Assembly: GCA_002633005.1 (NCBI GenBank)
Contig: NMRA01000241.1
Span: forward strand, 290,952 to 354,951
Reading direction: 5' to 3'
DNA from: Phoronis australis
Taxonomy: Eukaryota; Animalia; Phoronida
DNA length: 64,000 bases
Part shown: one piece after another, positions 11,234 through 23,661 of the stretch
Position numbering within the stretch: the stretch's first letter is position 1
Layout of the letters: each line of letters opens with the position of its first letter
Made by a program: the position numbers and the translations under genes
The notes under the pieces: model-generated
The model's database searches: none
What the model was told of the DNA's origin: nothing
What the model saw: only the letters and a program-made list of their open reading frames with translations

Positions 11234-14200
11234 GTAAGTGTGTCCATAACCAGCTAGTACTAATTCGACATCTGGCATACTTAGTGTCTCAGTCAGTGTC
11301 TTTATCTTTGTGCTGTTTTGTTAAAAATTGTCACAAAGGAGCAAACTAGAGAACTGCAGTTGACAGTGCAAGCTATCAAATTTAATTTCATATCATAAGA
11401 CCTTCTAAGAGAACAATTACTCGGCCAGTGGTTGTGAGCACTGGGGATGAAAACATTTTTTACCAATTATGCATGCAACTGTCTCTTTGTTCAAGAACTG
11501 TTTTCCATTTTATCAGTCTTAATTACCATGTCAACACCGTTGTTTTTTTGTAAAGTTATAAACAGAGTGCAACAAACATGAAGTTTTTAATTGTCTGCAG
11601 GATGGCAGAAAAAACCAGAGTCGAAGGTGACAGAGGAAAGCAACGTTAACCTGAGCCCAACTGAGTTCTACATTCAGTATGTGTCCAGCAGTACACCTGT
11701 TGTATTCAGAGCAGCAGTGAAAGATGTGCCAGCCATGACATTATGGGATGAAGAGGACAAGTTCTTAAATAAAAAGTAGGTTCATCCATCATGTGCTGGG
11801 AGTCATCTCGGGTACTGATAAAGAAAGAAATTTGGTGCCTCCAACTGTTTCTAACATGCACTGCTAGGTCCACCTGTTGACTCAAAAGTAAACTTGAGCT
11901 GTTCACTTCGAGCCAAACCGAATTTAACCATTCCCACAGACCAATGCCCCCTGAAACACTTGAGCATCGGGGAAAGTCTTTTAACGGCAAAAATAAACTT
12001 GCCAGTTCTGAAGCCCAGAGTGAATTCTAAAATGAATATCTGAGAAAAAATTTGATAGTGGTATGGTAAGTGGTCCAAATCAAGAGTTTCATGTCAAAAA
12101 TTGTACAGCTGTAACACTTGGTTTACCTCAAAACCCAACTGCTGCCTGCTGATTTGGTAATTGGTCCAGTTGTGTTGCACCAACAGTAGAATTAGAGGAG
12201 CCTAATATGACAACATCGTACAACAGTTTTAGATTGTAATCTTCACATTTTTTGTCGTATTTTCAAAAGTCAATTACCTAATTACGTTTACTTTTCTCGA
12301 ACTATTCAAATACGCTATTTAAAAACTTTCAAAACGAAAAGTTATAGATACTGTTATTGTCCCCATTGTGTTTATGATGGGATTATCTAGAGAGCTGTAA
12401 CAGCAGCCTGAGGCTATGTAATTAACTACAACAGCATGTTGTCATTGATTAGTAGGGCAGGTTTCCATTTGAGGCCCGCAGACTGGTCGAGTTGCCCAAT
12501 GTCGACCAGTCAGTGATGGTGTCAACGTAGGATTCTTTTAATGTAATTTTCCAACAGGAGTCTAGTGGTGTATAGCAGAATAGATTCTTATGTCAAGTTG
12601 TCCTTCATTTGTTCACATACAACTATGATTCTGTGGCCAGTTGTCATGACACTACATTAATTGTTCAGTGCAGATCAGAACAGATGTTAAGAGACTTTAT
12701 TAAAAACCATTGCCTGTAGCATTGATGGACTGATGTGATCACATTTATGAACTGACACTATTATGACATATTTTGGTTCTCTGTTGTACATGTATTGTAG
12801 TTGCATGAGACTCAAACAACAAGTTAAGGGGATGTTTGAACCTTTACTTCACGACGCATGTGTTCAAGATGGCATCCGTGGATCTGGAACATACAATATA
12901 CTCAGTGACAGTCCACACACATAACTGGCTAAGTAGAACGCATTAAAAGCAAATTAAAAGCGAAATGGCAAATGACAGTAATCAGTTACCTTATTGAAAG
13001 ATATCAACTGGGAAACAATTCTTTGGCTGCACTTCTAAATGTCAGCTTTTGTCTCTCAACTTCAGACCCTGATCTGTGTCTGGGTGAGGAATTTGGTCCC
13101 AGCAAATGGAGCTTGGTCATTGGCTATGTCAGTAGTATTTTTGGCTCATATCTAGTGGAGCGACAGCGTGGGTATGAAATTTCTATCACGAATTTGATGT
13201 TGGCTGGTTTGAGATTGGACTATCGGAACTGAAACTGTAATTTAGAGGCACCACCATGGAATTGTTTTTCTACAGTCCCTGTATTATGTCAAGATTCCTT
13301 TTTGTTTGTATGATATGTCCGGATTCCTTTTATTGAGTAGATCTATATAAGTGGTCCTCAAGCTGTTTGTCTGCATGGGCCTAAAACGGATCATAGTCGG
13401 AAATTATCGTACATTTGTTGTATGAATGACTGTAATACTGAGCTTTGCCACACAAACAGCTGACGTGTGACTAATGAATGATTTAAACCTGAGTTCTAGA
13501 TGCATTCCTAAGGTGGCCAGAATCTTAAAAAGCAAAGGGTGAATCATGGAGTGTTTTGCTGAGCCGAGTGCTACCTCATAAACACGTTATTGTACACAGA
13601 AAACATGGAGGTCATCTTTCTCTACCTTTGTCTCTTGTATGGTATTGATTATCTGAACTTTATGCAACATGTGTCATACCTTGAAAGGAATTATAATGAA
13701 TTGTTGCATTATTCCTTCACTAGTATTCTATATGTGGCCATGGTACTTGTCTCTAAGCTTTGTACAATCAGTAGCGAGATCATACCTTAACTTCATGCTT
13801 GTATCATATTTATGACATGAGAAATGCTTAGTGCTTATAAGATACAACTATATTGGGATGCTTCTGTTTGCACTGACAAAATCACGTTTTCAATAGCATT
13901 GAATATTTCTTGCTTTTGATAGAATCAAACAAAATTTACCTTAAAACATATATTTCTTATTAACTTATGAAATTAGGGTCTAGCAAACTTAAACATTTCA
14001 CGTATCACTACAGTACCACCTTATCTGAGATGTGGTTGGTTTCTATCTGTGTTTGTGTTTGTCTTTACCTTGTATGATAATGTAGTCTATGAAGCTGATG
14101 TATGTACACATACCTACTGTCCTGATAAATACCAAGTGGTGAGATTCGTGACAAACGCTTAAGATCATGTAGGACCTCATTGATGAGTCTGTGTATTTAT

Positions 14201-17200
14201 CCAAATACCCACAGAAATATAGATTTTAACTTAGTAAAAGTGTATATATTTTGTGAAAGTAGAAAGCAGTCTGCCTGTAGTTGGGTCATGTGACCCTTTT
14301 TTTGTAAAATTTAGGAAAAAGGCACATTGATAACAAAATAATAGCATCAATAACATTATTGAATTTTATTTTATGTAAATGTAAAGAGATCTCAATTTTC
14401 ATTTCTTTTTATGTTTTTTTTCATGAAAATCATAAAAGTTCAGTATTTTTATAGTCACTCATTCAAATTGGAAAAATTTAAAAACAATTTATTTTGGAGA
14501 AGAATGGCTGAAAGTTTCACGTGAATCCCATCAGACTTGTCTGATGTATGATGTTCTGAAGTTAGCCAAAGTTGGACATTTTTGTAGAGTCATGCATAAC
14601 CTTACGTATAGGGCATCAAATCATTATTTTCTGGAGTCATGCATAATCTTAAGTATAAGACATCTAATCATTATTTTCTAGAGTCATGCATAACCTTAAG
14701 TATAAGTTATCTAATCATTATTTTGCAGATTCACGCATAATTTTAAGTATAAGACATCTAATCATTATTTTCCAGAGTCATGCATAACCTTAAGTACCGG
14801 TATAAGGCATCTACTGTAATCATTATTTTCCAGAGTCATCCATAACCTTAAGTATAAGTCATATAATCATTATTTTCCAGAGTCATGCATAACTTTAAGT
14901 ACAAGGCATCAATTCATTATTGTCTATAGTCATGAGGACCTTAAGTATAAGTCATATAATCATTATTTATTATTTTCTAGAGTCATTGTTACTACTATGT
15001 TATTTGCAAAAAATGATACTTTTTGTTGGCTTCAGATAGAAAGTTTTGAGCTAACTGACCTCAATGTTCTTTTTGAAAAAATGAAAACAAAGTAGTAGTG
15101 GAAATTAATTTTTCCACAGTTTATTTTTAAACTTTACACGATACCAAAATGTTATTCAGCATGTTGCAAATTGCCATTTGTTTATATTCAACTTGAATTT
15201 TTTGTTTGACTTTTGCACACAAAGTTTCTGACATGCAGTAATGCAACTCCCAAATGAATTGGTTGTTTGGGTCTATGGCCAACCTCGACTTCACCACTCT
15301 GAATCTTAACCAGGACAAATTTGTCTGTCTCAAAATTGTTTTAAATTCATGATTTATTTGTAGTTATGGGAAGCTGGATGTATCCGTTACAGTGAAGCGA
15401 GAAGTGCTGCGTGGTGGCCCCCCTGAGAAAATGAAGTTCAGTAAATTTCTGCGAGAATACAAGTATGAAAACTGGTATTTGTCTACAAGTGTGCCTCAAG
15501 AGATGATGAAAGACCTGCCGGTATGTAGGATGGTTTGTGTTGGTGTTGTCACCATTCAGTATTGAACCCAAGGGTACAAAAACATGTGCCTGGCATTTTA
15601 CTCCCCAAAATATGCTCACAGAAAGTTTTATAGTCATTGGAGCTGTTCTATTTGAAATTGTTTATGGATTGACTTTTCTATTACCATATCTGCTATGCCC
15701 ACCTAACTCTTTTGGGTTATTTACTCTCACTTATAAGCCCACCCACTCTATAAAAAGCTCTGATTTGCTGGCTAAAAATGAAAATCGAATTAGGCTTGTT
15801 ACTCTAATAGAATTGTCCCTGATGATACTTCTTACTGTGTCAGAATTCTATTCCCATTACCAGCAAGAGTATCAAAACCATCAGCATCTCAAGAAAATGT
15901 TTCACAGTTTATAGTTTATTGGGGTTAAAATGCTTGCAGTCGTTTTGATGGCTGAATTGCATCAGATGTGTACACGAAACGTGGTAAAAAACACCCGATT
16001 TGAAGATCATGAGAACGCTCATTAGGTTGTTCCCAAGAGTAGTTGCAGAAGTCCGCAACCATGTAGGGAGCATTCATTCAAGTTTACCATTCATGCTTGG
16101 CATTTGAACCGAGTTACTGTCCCAAAAACAAGTATCTACAGCAGAAGTTACATCCACACTCTGATATAATCCTTGAAATGAGAGTAAAAAATGACAAACG
16201 TCTAGACTGCTGCCAAGTGGGCCAAATTCTTCTGTCCTTTATGTTTGGTATTTGGTCCAAGTTGCTGTCCACAGATATCGTCTACACCACCATAGACTGC
16301 TTTCACTTGTCTGGTCATCTCACTTAATGTTCTACCCAGAAGAATCGGTGATTCTGCAGACCAAGACTTCTGTCCCAATATGGTATGGTCCAGTGATTCC
16401 CGAGAACAAGTGTCCTCTGTGTGGTCCATAGCCATTTAAGCTCCATTCCTCTGTTCTTGATGCTTGGGATTTGATCCAAATTCATACATCGCGTGTCCTC
16501 AGCCACAACTGCTTCTGCTAGTCTGATCATCTCACTTTGATACCTATGCTTTGAGTGATTCCCCAAAACAGGGGTACGTAGCAAAAGTTGTTTTTTCTCG
16601 TCGCAATAAATGGGAAAGGTTTTCTATAACCATATCAAGAGTGAAGATGTCAATTGCTCAAGTTGTGGAAATGTCTACACCACTGATTTTCAGCACCATG
16701 GCTCTTTCAAGAGACGAGTCTACAGTTCAGCCTGGGCTCCTGCCCATCCCTTATGTTGCCAAGTGAAGGCACTGTATGAGTATTGTGGGAGAAGCTATGT
16801 GCTGACAGACAAGGCTGGTCAGCAGTGACAGCTAAAAGCAGAGCAGTAATCAAAGCTAGGTAAAGCTACTGCTTACCGCACAAAACAACAGCAAAATCTG
16901 TCAAACAAAACACTGCTTGTGCGCAATACCTGTGACTCGAAACCATCAACATCTTAAGGAAACATTTCAGTTTTATTGGAGTTGGGCAAACCAAAAATTG
17001 GTTTTGGAAATGGAATCCTACCACAGAATATTATGAGACCAATTTTATCAGAGTAAAAGTTCCAGGGTGATTTAGCCAACTAAACTTTAAACTAGCTTTA
17101 AATGAATAACTGTAGCCATTGGTAACTTGATATAGTAATTCCCAAGATGGGCTCCACTGCTGATGTTGTCCACAAGAGCAAAAAAGTGACACATCTCAGT

Positions 17201-20200
17201 GTATATCAATGATCTTGAGCAGTAGGGAGAGGCTGAGCCCCAATATTTCCCTTGAAGTCTATTATTTATCAGACTTATTGCACATTTTGCGTTATTTGCG
17301 GTAAAGTGATCAGCATTTGAAAAATGAAAAATGACAATTATTGGCAAATGAATTTTTTTTTTTCGAAATAACTGTACACTCTACAACCCCCCTTGACCCA
17401 CAACCCCCTCGACCCGCAACCCCCTCGACCCACGACCCCCTCAACTCTAGGCCCACAACCGCCTTGACTCATTGCACACAGGCTCGACTCAATATGAACA
17501 CATGATCAATGAGACGGGCCATGAGCTCGGTTGTGTTTTTCGTTTTTTGCAATTAAGAGTCGATTCGGCAAGTGTGAAAGCCAAAAGCAGAAAAAGCGCC
17601 TCGAGCAAATCAAATCAAAGACCTACCAATGTTACAGATGTTGTTCCCGGCAAAGTGTAATCATCTTGTTTGCTCTTCAGTGAATTGTAGGTTTGTAGGT
17701 TCAAGTTTTTTTCTGGGAGAGTGCGATGAATCGACAAATATGTAATTTCTTCAGTAAATATAGTTTGAAAAAACAAACTGTTAACTAAAAAGTACCTCAG
17801 TGTTACATGGAGTATATTGTAAATGAGTATACAACAGAAAACAAATGATAAAAATGCGAAATTATCTCCATTCGTGTTAAACGTACTCTCTCCCTAAGTT
17901 TCGTAAAAAAGGTCCATTGATAGCCACTCGTGGAACATCTTCCGTGACAACGATGGCACGCCCGCAATTTGCTATATCAAATCATGTTCTTACGCCACTT
18001 TCTGTTTTTAACCACCAGACTTGAGCCAGAGCAGATTCGCGTGTAGGTAAGTCTTATGGGAAAGTCATTCAGCGAGGTAACATTATTATGTAAAAAACAC
18101 AAAGATACATCTATTGCTGCAGGTCGTGGGTCGAGGGGGTTGTGGGTTGTGGGGGTCGTGGGTTGAAGGTGTTAAGGGGGTTTTGGAAAAATCCGTAGAA
18201 ATACCTTGTGTATAAAATATGACCTTAAAACTGACTTATTAAAAAATTCAAATGTGCACCTAATAATAAAATGCATTGTAAATATAACAGTATTATACGT
18301 ATTCTTTTGTGTGGTTGGGCATGTGCATTAACTCCTTTGTATTCCTTCTGGACTTAGCACTTTTAATTAGTGACAGTCAAATACAATGTCACATTTAGAC
18401 ATTTCTGTCAGCTTATTCAGTTCAATTTCTTTGCAGGTTCCAAACTGCCTGTCATGTGGAACTCCAATAAGATTCTTTCAAGAAGCTGAATTATGGATGT
18501 CAAGTGGTGGAACAGCTTCATTATTGCATTACCACGCAGATCACAACTTTCACTGTGTTTTAGCAGGACGCAAAGACTTCATTTTCATCAAGAATTCATA
18601 TAAAAAGCATTTTGACGTTGTTGAAAAAGTAAGTTTTCCAACTATTTTATTGTGTCTTGTTAAAATTTAAAATAGTTGTATTTGTAAATATTGCAATTGA
18701 ATTTAGTTGTATCTTGTCATCTGTTGAAAGTTTCACAGTATCATGCAGTATTTCATATTGTATCTTTAAAACAGTGTTAAGATTAGTTAGGCCCTGTTGT
18801 TCTGCCAGCTTTGCATTCTGTCTATAATGTTCAAAACACATATTTATTTATTTATCCGTTTCAGAGTATCCATGATGGCTCAGGGTACTCAAAAATTGAT
18901 ATGGATATGATCAACGTATTTAAATATCCAGACATTTCTAAAGTACCTTGGTCATATGCATCACTGAGAGCCGGGGATTGTGCTTTAGTTCCAGCAGGTC
19001 TGTAGATTGATTTGTGTCAGTAGTGAAGTTGTCAGAGTCTTCAGTTTTTGTGTGTGCCAATAGATGTCACCAACATGTCTACCCATGAGCATGGTGTAGT
19101 AGATTTGATCATAATCTTTATGTTACACCACTAATTTCAGAATTCTTTGACATAAAATTTAAATCAAGACTTAGATGAAATGACTATGGTCATTAGAAGT
19201 ATGTTGAGGTTGGTCAACTGAAGGTACCAAAATGTGCAAGTGACATGTTTTGTTGTCTGGTTCTAAGAAAGCACTTGTTTTTCACAGAATGACCATTAAA
19301 CTGCCTGGTTGCCCTAATAGTTGAAAACAAAAATACTGGTTTTTGTAAAATGTATTGACTTTTTATTATTTTATTGCCAACATGTGGAACAATGTGGTTT
19401 TCACAATTATTTTCAGAAAAATAGATTAAACGAAAACGCACAGGTCTTCACTGATTTTACCAAAGGGCCCCTAATTATTAGCATTCTTTCAGTAGTGATA
19501 TATGAATTTGAGATGTACGAATTTTAATATCTTTAATTGATATTAACCAATTTATTGAACCAGACATAAGTACTTCTGACATAATTTTTTCACTGAGTCT
19601 AAACTTGTTCCTGAGTCTGGTAGTACTAGGCAATTTATATTCCTTATATCCCTTTAATTACCAAACATTTATAGAACTGACCATGCATTCATTAAATAAA
19701 TATAATGATACATAATTGCTAATTGATTTTGCATTGGGGTAACACTAATTTCTCATCTCACAAAATTCATTTGCCATGCATCTTTGTAAATCATCTGATA
19801 ATTGAGTACAAAATGGCGTCTTGCACCCTCAGCTGTGTCCAGGGTTGCCTCCATATATGGGACACAGAAGTTAAATGCCTATAAATAAGGAAAAAAATTA
19901 GCTTGCTAAATGTTAAATTTTCGACCCAAAGCCTCTGGAAGACTTTTTCAGACAAATGGATGTTTTTTTCTACTTTTAGTTGTCTTAGTGTCAAGATCTA
20001 AGTTTCATCAGTAAAAGACCCAAGAGTGGCAAGTACTCGACCCATTTAATCAAAAGATTTTGATGTACGAATGGCATTGATTCACAAAATCATAAACAAA
20101 TGTATCACCTTGATATGTATGTCTTCCTTGATTAAGCTTAGGTGAGGAGACTCTGTCATCAGCGTTGTTACAATGGAAATTGTCTCATAGTGAAGCTATT

Positions 20201-23200
20201 CAAATGAAAACATTTGCATAGGTTACATGCATCAGGTGAGATCATATGGTCGAAGTATCTCCTCGGTGATTCTTTGGGCTCCAACACCTGAGTTCAGCGA
20301 TGAAGACTGCCATGCTAAAGGAGGGAAACTGAAGACATTGTCTGACGCAACGTTTACTTGGGTCTACTCAAAAGGATCAAGGGTAAGTAACTATTGAAAA
20401 TGGTAATTTGTAGCAATAGCTTTAATTGACTGTATTATTTTATAATAATGTTAGTACTGCTAGTGTTATAGTAAAGATTACTGTAAGAGATTTTATTGAT
20501 AAAAGTGATACCGTACATGTCTAAATTAATGTCCAGGCGAAACGAAAAAATCAAGGGGTGGCTAATAAGCCAAGCAAGCATGGGTATTTAAAAACAAAAT
20601 TTTTGAAATTTGGGTTAGAATATATCCGCAACTACCGAAAGATATGGTTGTTGCTTCTATGTCAGTCCCTGTGCATGCTGTAATTTAATACTGACTATGA
20701 CATTGTTTGTTAGTCACTTGCATGTATTTTAGGAGTTGAAATTCTAAGAAGCGCAGTTCACATACCTGGGGTGCTTTTAAGTTTATGTAGTAATTATCAA
20801 CAAGTTTCTGTATTTTACAAAATGACTCAGTAAAATTCTACAAAAAAGAAAGATATATCGATGGCAAAACAATGGTGTTAATAACATGTTCATGTTTTAT
20901 ATAAATGTGCAAGATGAAATTTCGATAATGCTGTTAAAGTTTTCTAAATTATCATCTCGTATAGATTCGATTTCTCCTAATACAAATGTGGGAGATTTTT
21001 AAAACAACTCCTAACAGCGTTTTGGAGAATGTGTATAAAGCATTTGATAATTCTCCACTATTTCCACTCATAAATAATTGCATAAAAGGTCATTTTCCAT
21101 TTTCAGTGGCTGATTAGCCTTTTGCAAAAATGGGAACTTTAGTAAATGTTGTTTTGTGACATCTGCACACTGCACACCATGCTTGCAATAGACTAACATG
21201 TCCTTGACCTTTACTTTTGTGAAGAAATTTAACAAAATAGAATTCAGCTTGTTGGCTGTATTGTGTGGTAAAGAAGTGAAGAGTAGGAACTGATAGTTTT
21301 GCGTGAATCCAATCTCACGTTTCTGAGATGTGATGTTCCGAAGTTGGCCAAATTTGGACATTTTTTAGGGTCCTACATAGAAAAATGTCCACATTTGGAT
21401 TATTTGGAGCATCATCTCAGAAATGGCTAATCTGATCCATATGAGACTTCCATATACTATGTTTTATGGACTGTTCTCCAAATCCTATTAAGAATTGTCT
21501 TTAAAATGTACCTGGTTTGCATGAGGGGTTATCGAAAAATAGTACTTAATATATATAAAAAATAAAACGTTGCCTAAAATGAAATCAAAAAGATAATTTA
21601 GAAAACTGTGACAGCTTTTTTGAGATTTCATCTTGAACATATTAAAATATGTCATGAAACTGGCCATGTTATTGAAACTGTTGCTCTGATATGATTGTAC
21701 CTTCTTTTTCATTAAATTTTATTAAGGGCAAGTAGTCACATGACCTGGCTCACCGCAGATTGGCATAAAGTCCAAAATCAAATTTACAATCTTTGTTCTT
21801 TCAGAAAACATATACTGTCACTGGGTTTAAATCTATAATTTTGTTGACTTGCCAATAAAGTCTTACATAAGTTTAAGAAATGATACAGACAGCAATTAAA
21901 AATACCAGCAGCATCAATTGGGGGGTGGTCATGTGAGTAAACATGAGTGTTTTAAGGGGAAATGGCAAACACTATCATTAGTGTGATCATGCAGCAGACG
22001 TCAGTTTCACCAGTGTCTGTGTTACTCAGTATTATCCCACAGCGTCAGCATGAAACCACAGATACTGTCTTGTAATAACCTAAAGAGTTATTCAAATGTG
22101 AATTGATTGACAATTTGGCCAGAAACCACGGTTTCATTGAAGCGCATTTCGAACCTTGACTTGCGTTATTCCAAGAAAGATGCTGGCATGTCTAATGATC
22201 CATTGCTTTGCCTAAGGATAATGTCAAGTGGAACAAAAGTTGGACATTCTCATTTTTGTGTCTTTAATAGAGTTAATTGCTTAATATTTCAGATAAATAG
22301 ATTATTACATGTCCTGGGGCATTATAGATATACGAAATGACAGCCTCACTTTGTAGTAATCTGTATTCAACTCATTGCTTGTCCGATTTATGTAACATTT
22401 CTTAGTTGATGGGTTCAGTGACCAGCTATCGTGATCTGACACGAAGGTTTTATGTGTTGAGGTGTACAATGTAACAGAGTATTGTAAATGGTCTTTTGTC
22501 TTTTCAGCAATTATTCAATGCCAGGCTCAATTCGGAGAGCATGAGACACTATTTACTTGCCTTGCTTAGAAACGACGATCAGCTGTACTTTGAACGTTTC
22601 TCCCTGTTTTATGATGAAGTCACCTCTGAGGTATGCATATGAAAATTATTACTCTTGCCATGTGGCACTGCATCTCATTGCCCAACCATCATAATTGAAT
22701 GCTTCTTATCAGCTGGAATATGAATGACTGGATACCACTTTTATGAGGGCTTCTTTTGTTTGGGGATAAAGGAACAGAGATGTATGAGTGACAGCTCTTC
22801 TTAAGCTTAAACAAAAATCATTTGCAACAAAGGCCATTTTTGGCACTGAGGTCTATAAAAATTGAATTTGTCATGAAAATACCAGTTATCTGGAACAATA
22901 TAAAAAGGGAACTGATGCATTGCAACTGCTGCTCCTTTGTTCAATAATACCAGTCCTCCCTCTCTAGGCTTCCTGGTCCATAACCACTTATCTGACCAAT
23001 CTTATTACTCCCAAAGAATCCAGTCAGTTTTAAATATTGAAGTGTGTAATGCAATCAAAATAAATTCACTTCTTGTGCAATTTGGTGACACTGCAAAATA
23101 CAATTGATGTATATTATTGCTTAGGACACAATGCCTCGTTTTAGCATCAATTTTAACAATGTCAACATGAAACCTCCCATATTCCAAACATGTGGAACCA

Positions 23201-23661
23201 TTTTTATTTCAATACAGCTTCTCGGTTTCAAGCATAATTTTGTCGAATTCGTGCAAGTAGTGGATGGCAATGCTACTTATCTCTTGTTTTTAAGTCACAA
23301 AAACATCAAATACACATTTAGTCATTATTTGTTCACTAAACGTATTGAATCATCTTGTGTAAAACGAAATAAAATAAACCCTCACTCAAGTATGAAACTT
23401 GTGTGACATTAGGAGTTGGTGTACCATAAGGTTCGGCCTTGGCTTGTCTAATAACAGTGGAGGTTATGATTACAGCGGTGTTAATCTGTATTGCAGAGTG
23501 ACAACTATCTACCTGCGAGCACTGTTTTTGCCTACTTAAACTCTGCCGATGAATCCTTTATTACTCGAGAAGAAATCATGAAATTGAAAGCTGAAAACCT
23601 GGCAAGAGTTGCTCAAGAATTAAATAAAGCTCGCCCGGGCCATCGACACGATGAACTCTAG
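11080..23661 (+). CDS. ER-luminal JmjC/cupin-like domain protein (2OG-Fe(II) oxygenase fold), 8 coding exons, 419 aa, with signal peptide, degenerate EF-hand and HDEL
   Basis: join(11080-11233,11601-11775,15364-15520,18437-18628,18865-18997,20222-20382,22508-22630,23497-23661). All introns are GT-AG with compatible phases (1,2,0,0,1,0,0); 1260 nt open to TAG. Motifs: PVVFRAAV, LWMSSGGTASLLHYHADHN, GRK, LRAGDCALVPAGYMHQVRS (JmjC/Cupin_8, FIH/JMJD5/JMJD7/TYW5-like). Ends ...GHRHDEL*. Confidence 0.93.
11601..11775 (+). CDS. JmjC gene coding exon 2 (WQKKPE...SPTEFYIQYVSSSTPVVFRAAVKDVPAMTLW...)
   Basis: Acceptor TGCAG at 11600, donor GTAGGT at 11776; EF...Y....PVVF start typical of cupin-like JmjC proteins. 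Confidence 0.9.
14586..14985. repeat. Minisatellite, ~46-bp unit, about 8 copies, in JmjC intron 2
   Basis: Unit AGAGTCATGCATAACCTTAAGTATAAG(A/T)CATCTAATCATTATTTT repeated in tandem. Confidence 0.9.
15364..15520 (+). CDS. JmjC gene coding exon 3 (YGKLDVSV...MKFSKFLREY...PQEMMKDLP)
   Basis: Acceptor TGTAG at 15363, donor GTATGT at 15521; frame continuous with exons 2 and 4. Confidence 0.9.
17383..18195. mobile_element. MITE-like element with inverted ends made of short tandem repeats, in JmjC intron 3
   Basis: Left end (CAACCCCCTCGACCCA)-like repeats at 17384-17460; reverse-complement GGGTCGAGGGGGTTGTGGG repeats at ~18122-18180. Confidence 0.6.
18437..18628 (+). CDS. JmjC gene coding exon 4 (proximal metal ligands, HYHADHN; GRK)
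   Basis: Acceptor TTGCAG at 18436, donor GTAAGT at 18629; lies in ORF 18386..18670. Confidence 0.93.
18865..18997 (+). CDS. JmjC gene coding exon 5 (SGYSKIDMD...KYP...LRAGDCALVPA)
   Basis: Acceptor TTTCAG at 18864, donor GTCTGT at 18998; lies in ORF 18811..19005. Confidence 0.92.
20222..20382 (+). CDS. JmjC gene coding exon 6 (GYMHQVRSYGRS, distal His)
   Basis: Acceptor CATAG at 20221, donor GTAAGT at 20383; completes the PxGxxHQVRS motif. Confidence 0.92.
20880..21660. repeat. Dispersed repeat family (additional fragments at ~5350-5600, 9300-9900, 14500-14580, 32780-33030)
   Basis: Shared segments such as GAGAT(A/G)TG(A/G)TGTTCCGAAGTT(G/T)G(C/T)CAAATTT, GCGTTTTGGAGAA and AACTGT(A/G)ACAGC, in both orientations. 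Boundaries approximate. Confidence 0.55.
22508..22630 (+). CDS. JmjC gene coding exon 7 (QLFNARLN...FYDEVTSE)
   Basis: Pyrimidine-rich acceptor TTTTCAG at 22507, donor GAG|GTATGC; 123 nt, phase 0-0, no stops. Confidence 0.8.
23497..23661 (+). CDS. JmjC gene terminal exon 8 (EF-hand-like segment, HDEL, stop)
   Basis: Acceptor TTGCAG at 23496; translates SDNYLPASTVFAYLNSADESFITREEIMKL...HRHDEL-TAG. Confidence 0.88.
   Translation, partial: SDNYLPASTVFAYLNSADESFITREEIMKLKAENLARVAQELNKARPGHRHDEL

Noticed and set aside
10900-11349. 149-aa ORF as a standalone gene
   Set aside because: Starts at TTG; only 11080-11233 is coding (exon 1), the rest is UTR or intron read-through.
14586-14985. CRISPR-like array
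   Set aside because: Units are head-to-tail with no unique spacers, in a eukaryotic intron, with no cas genes.
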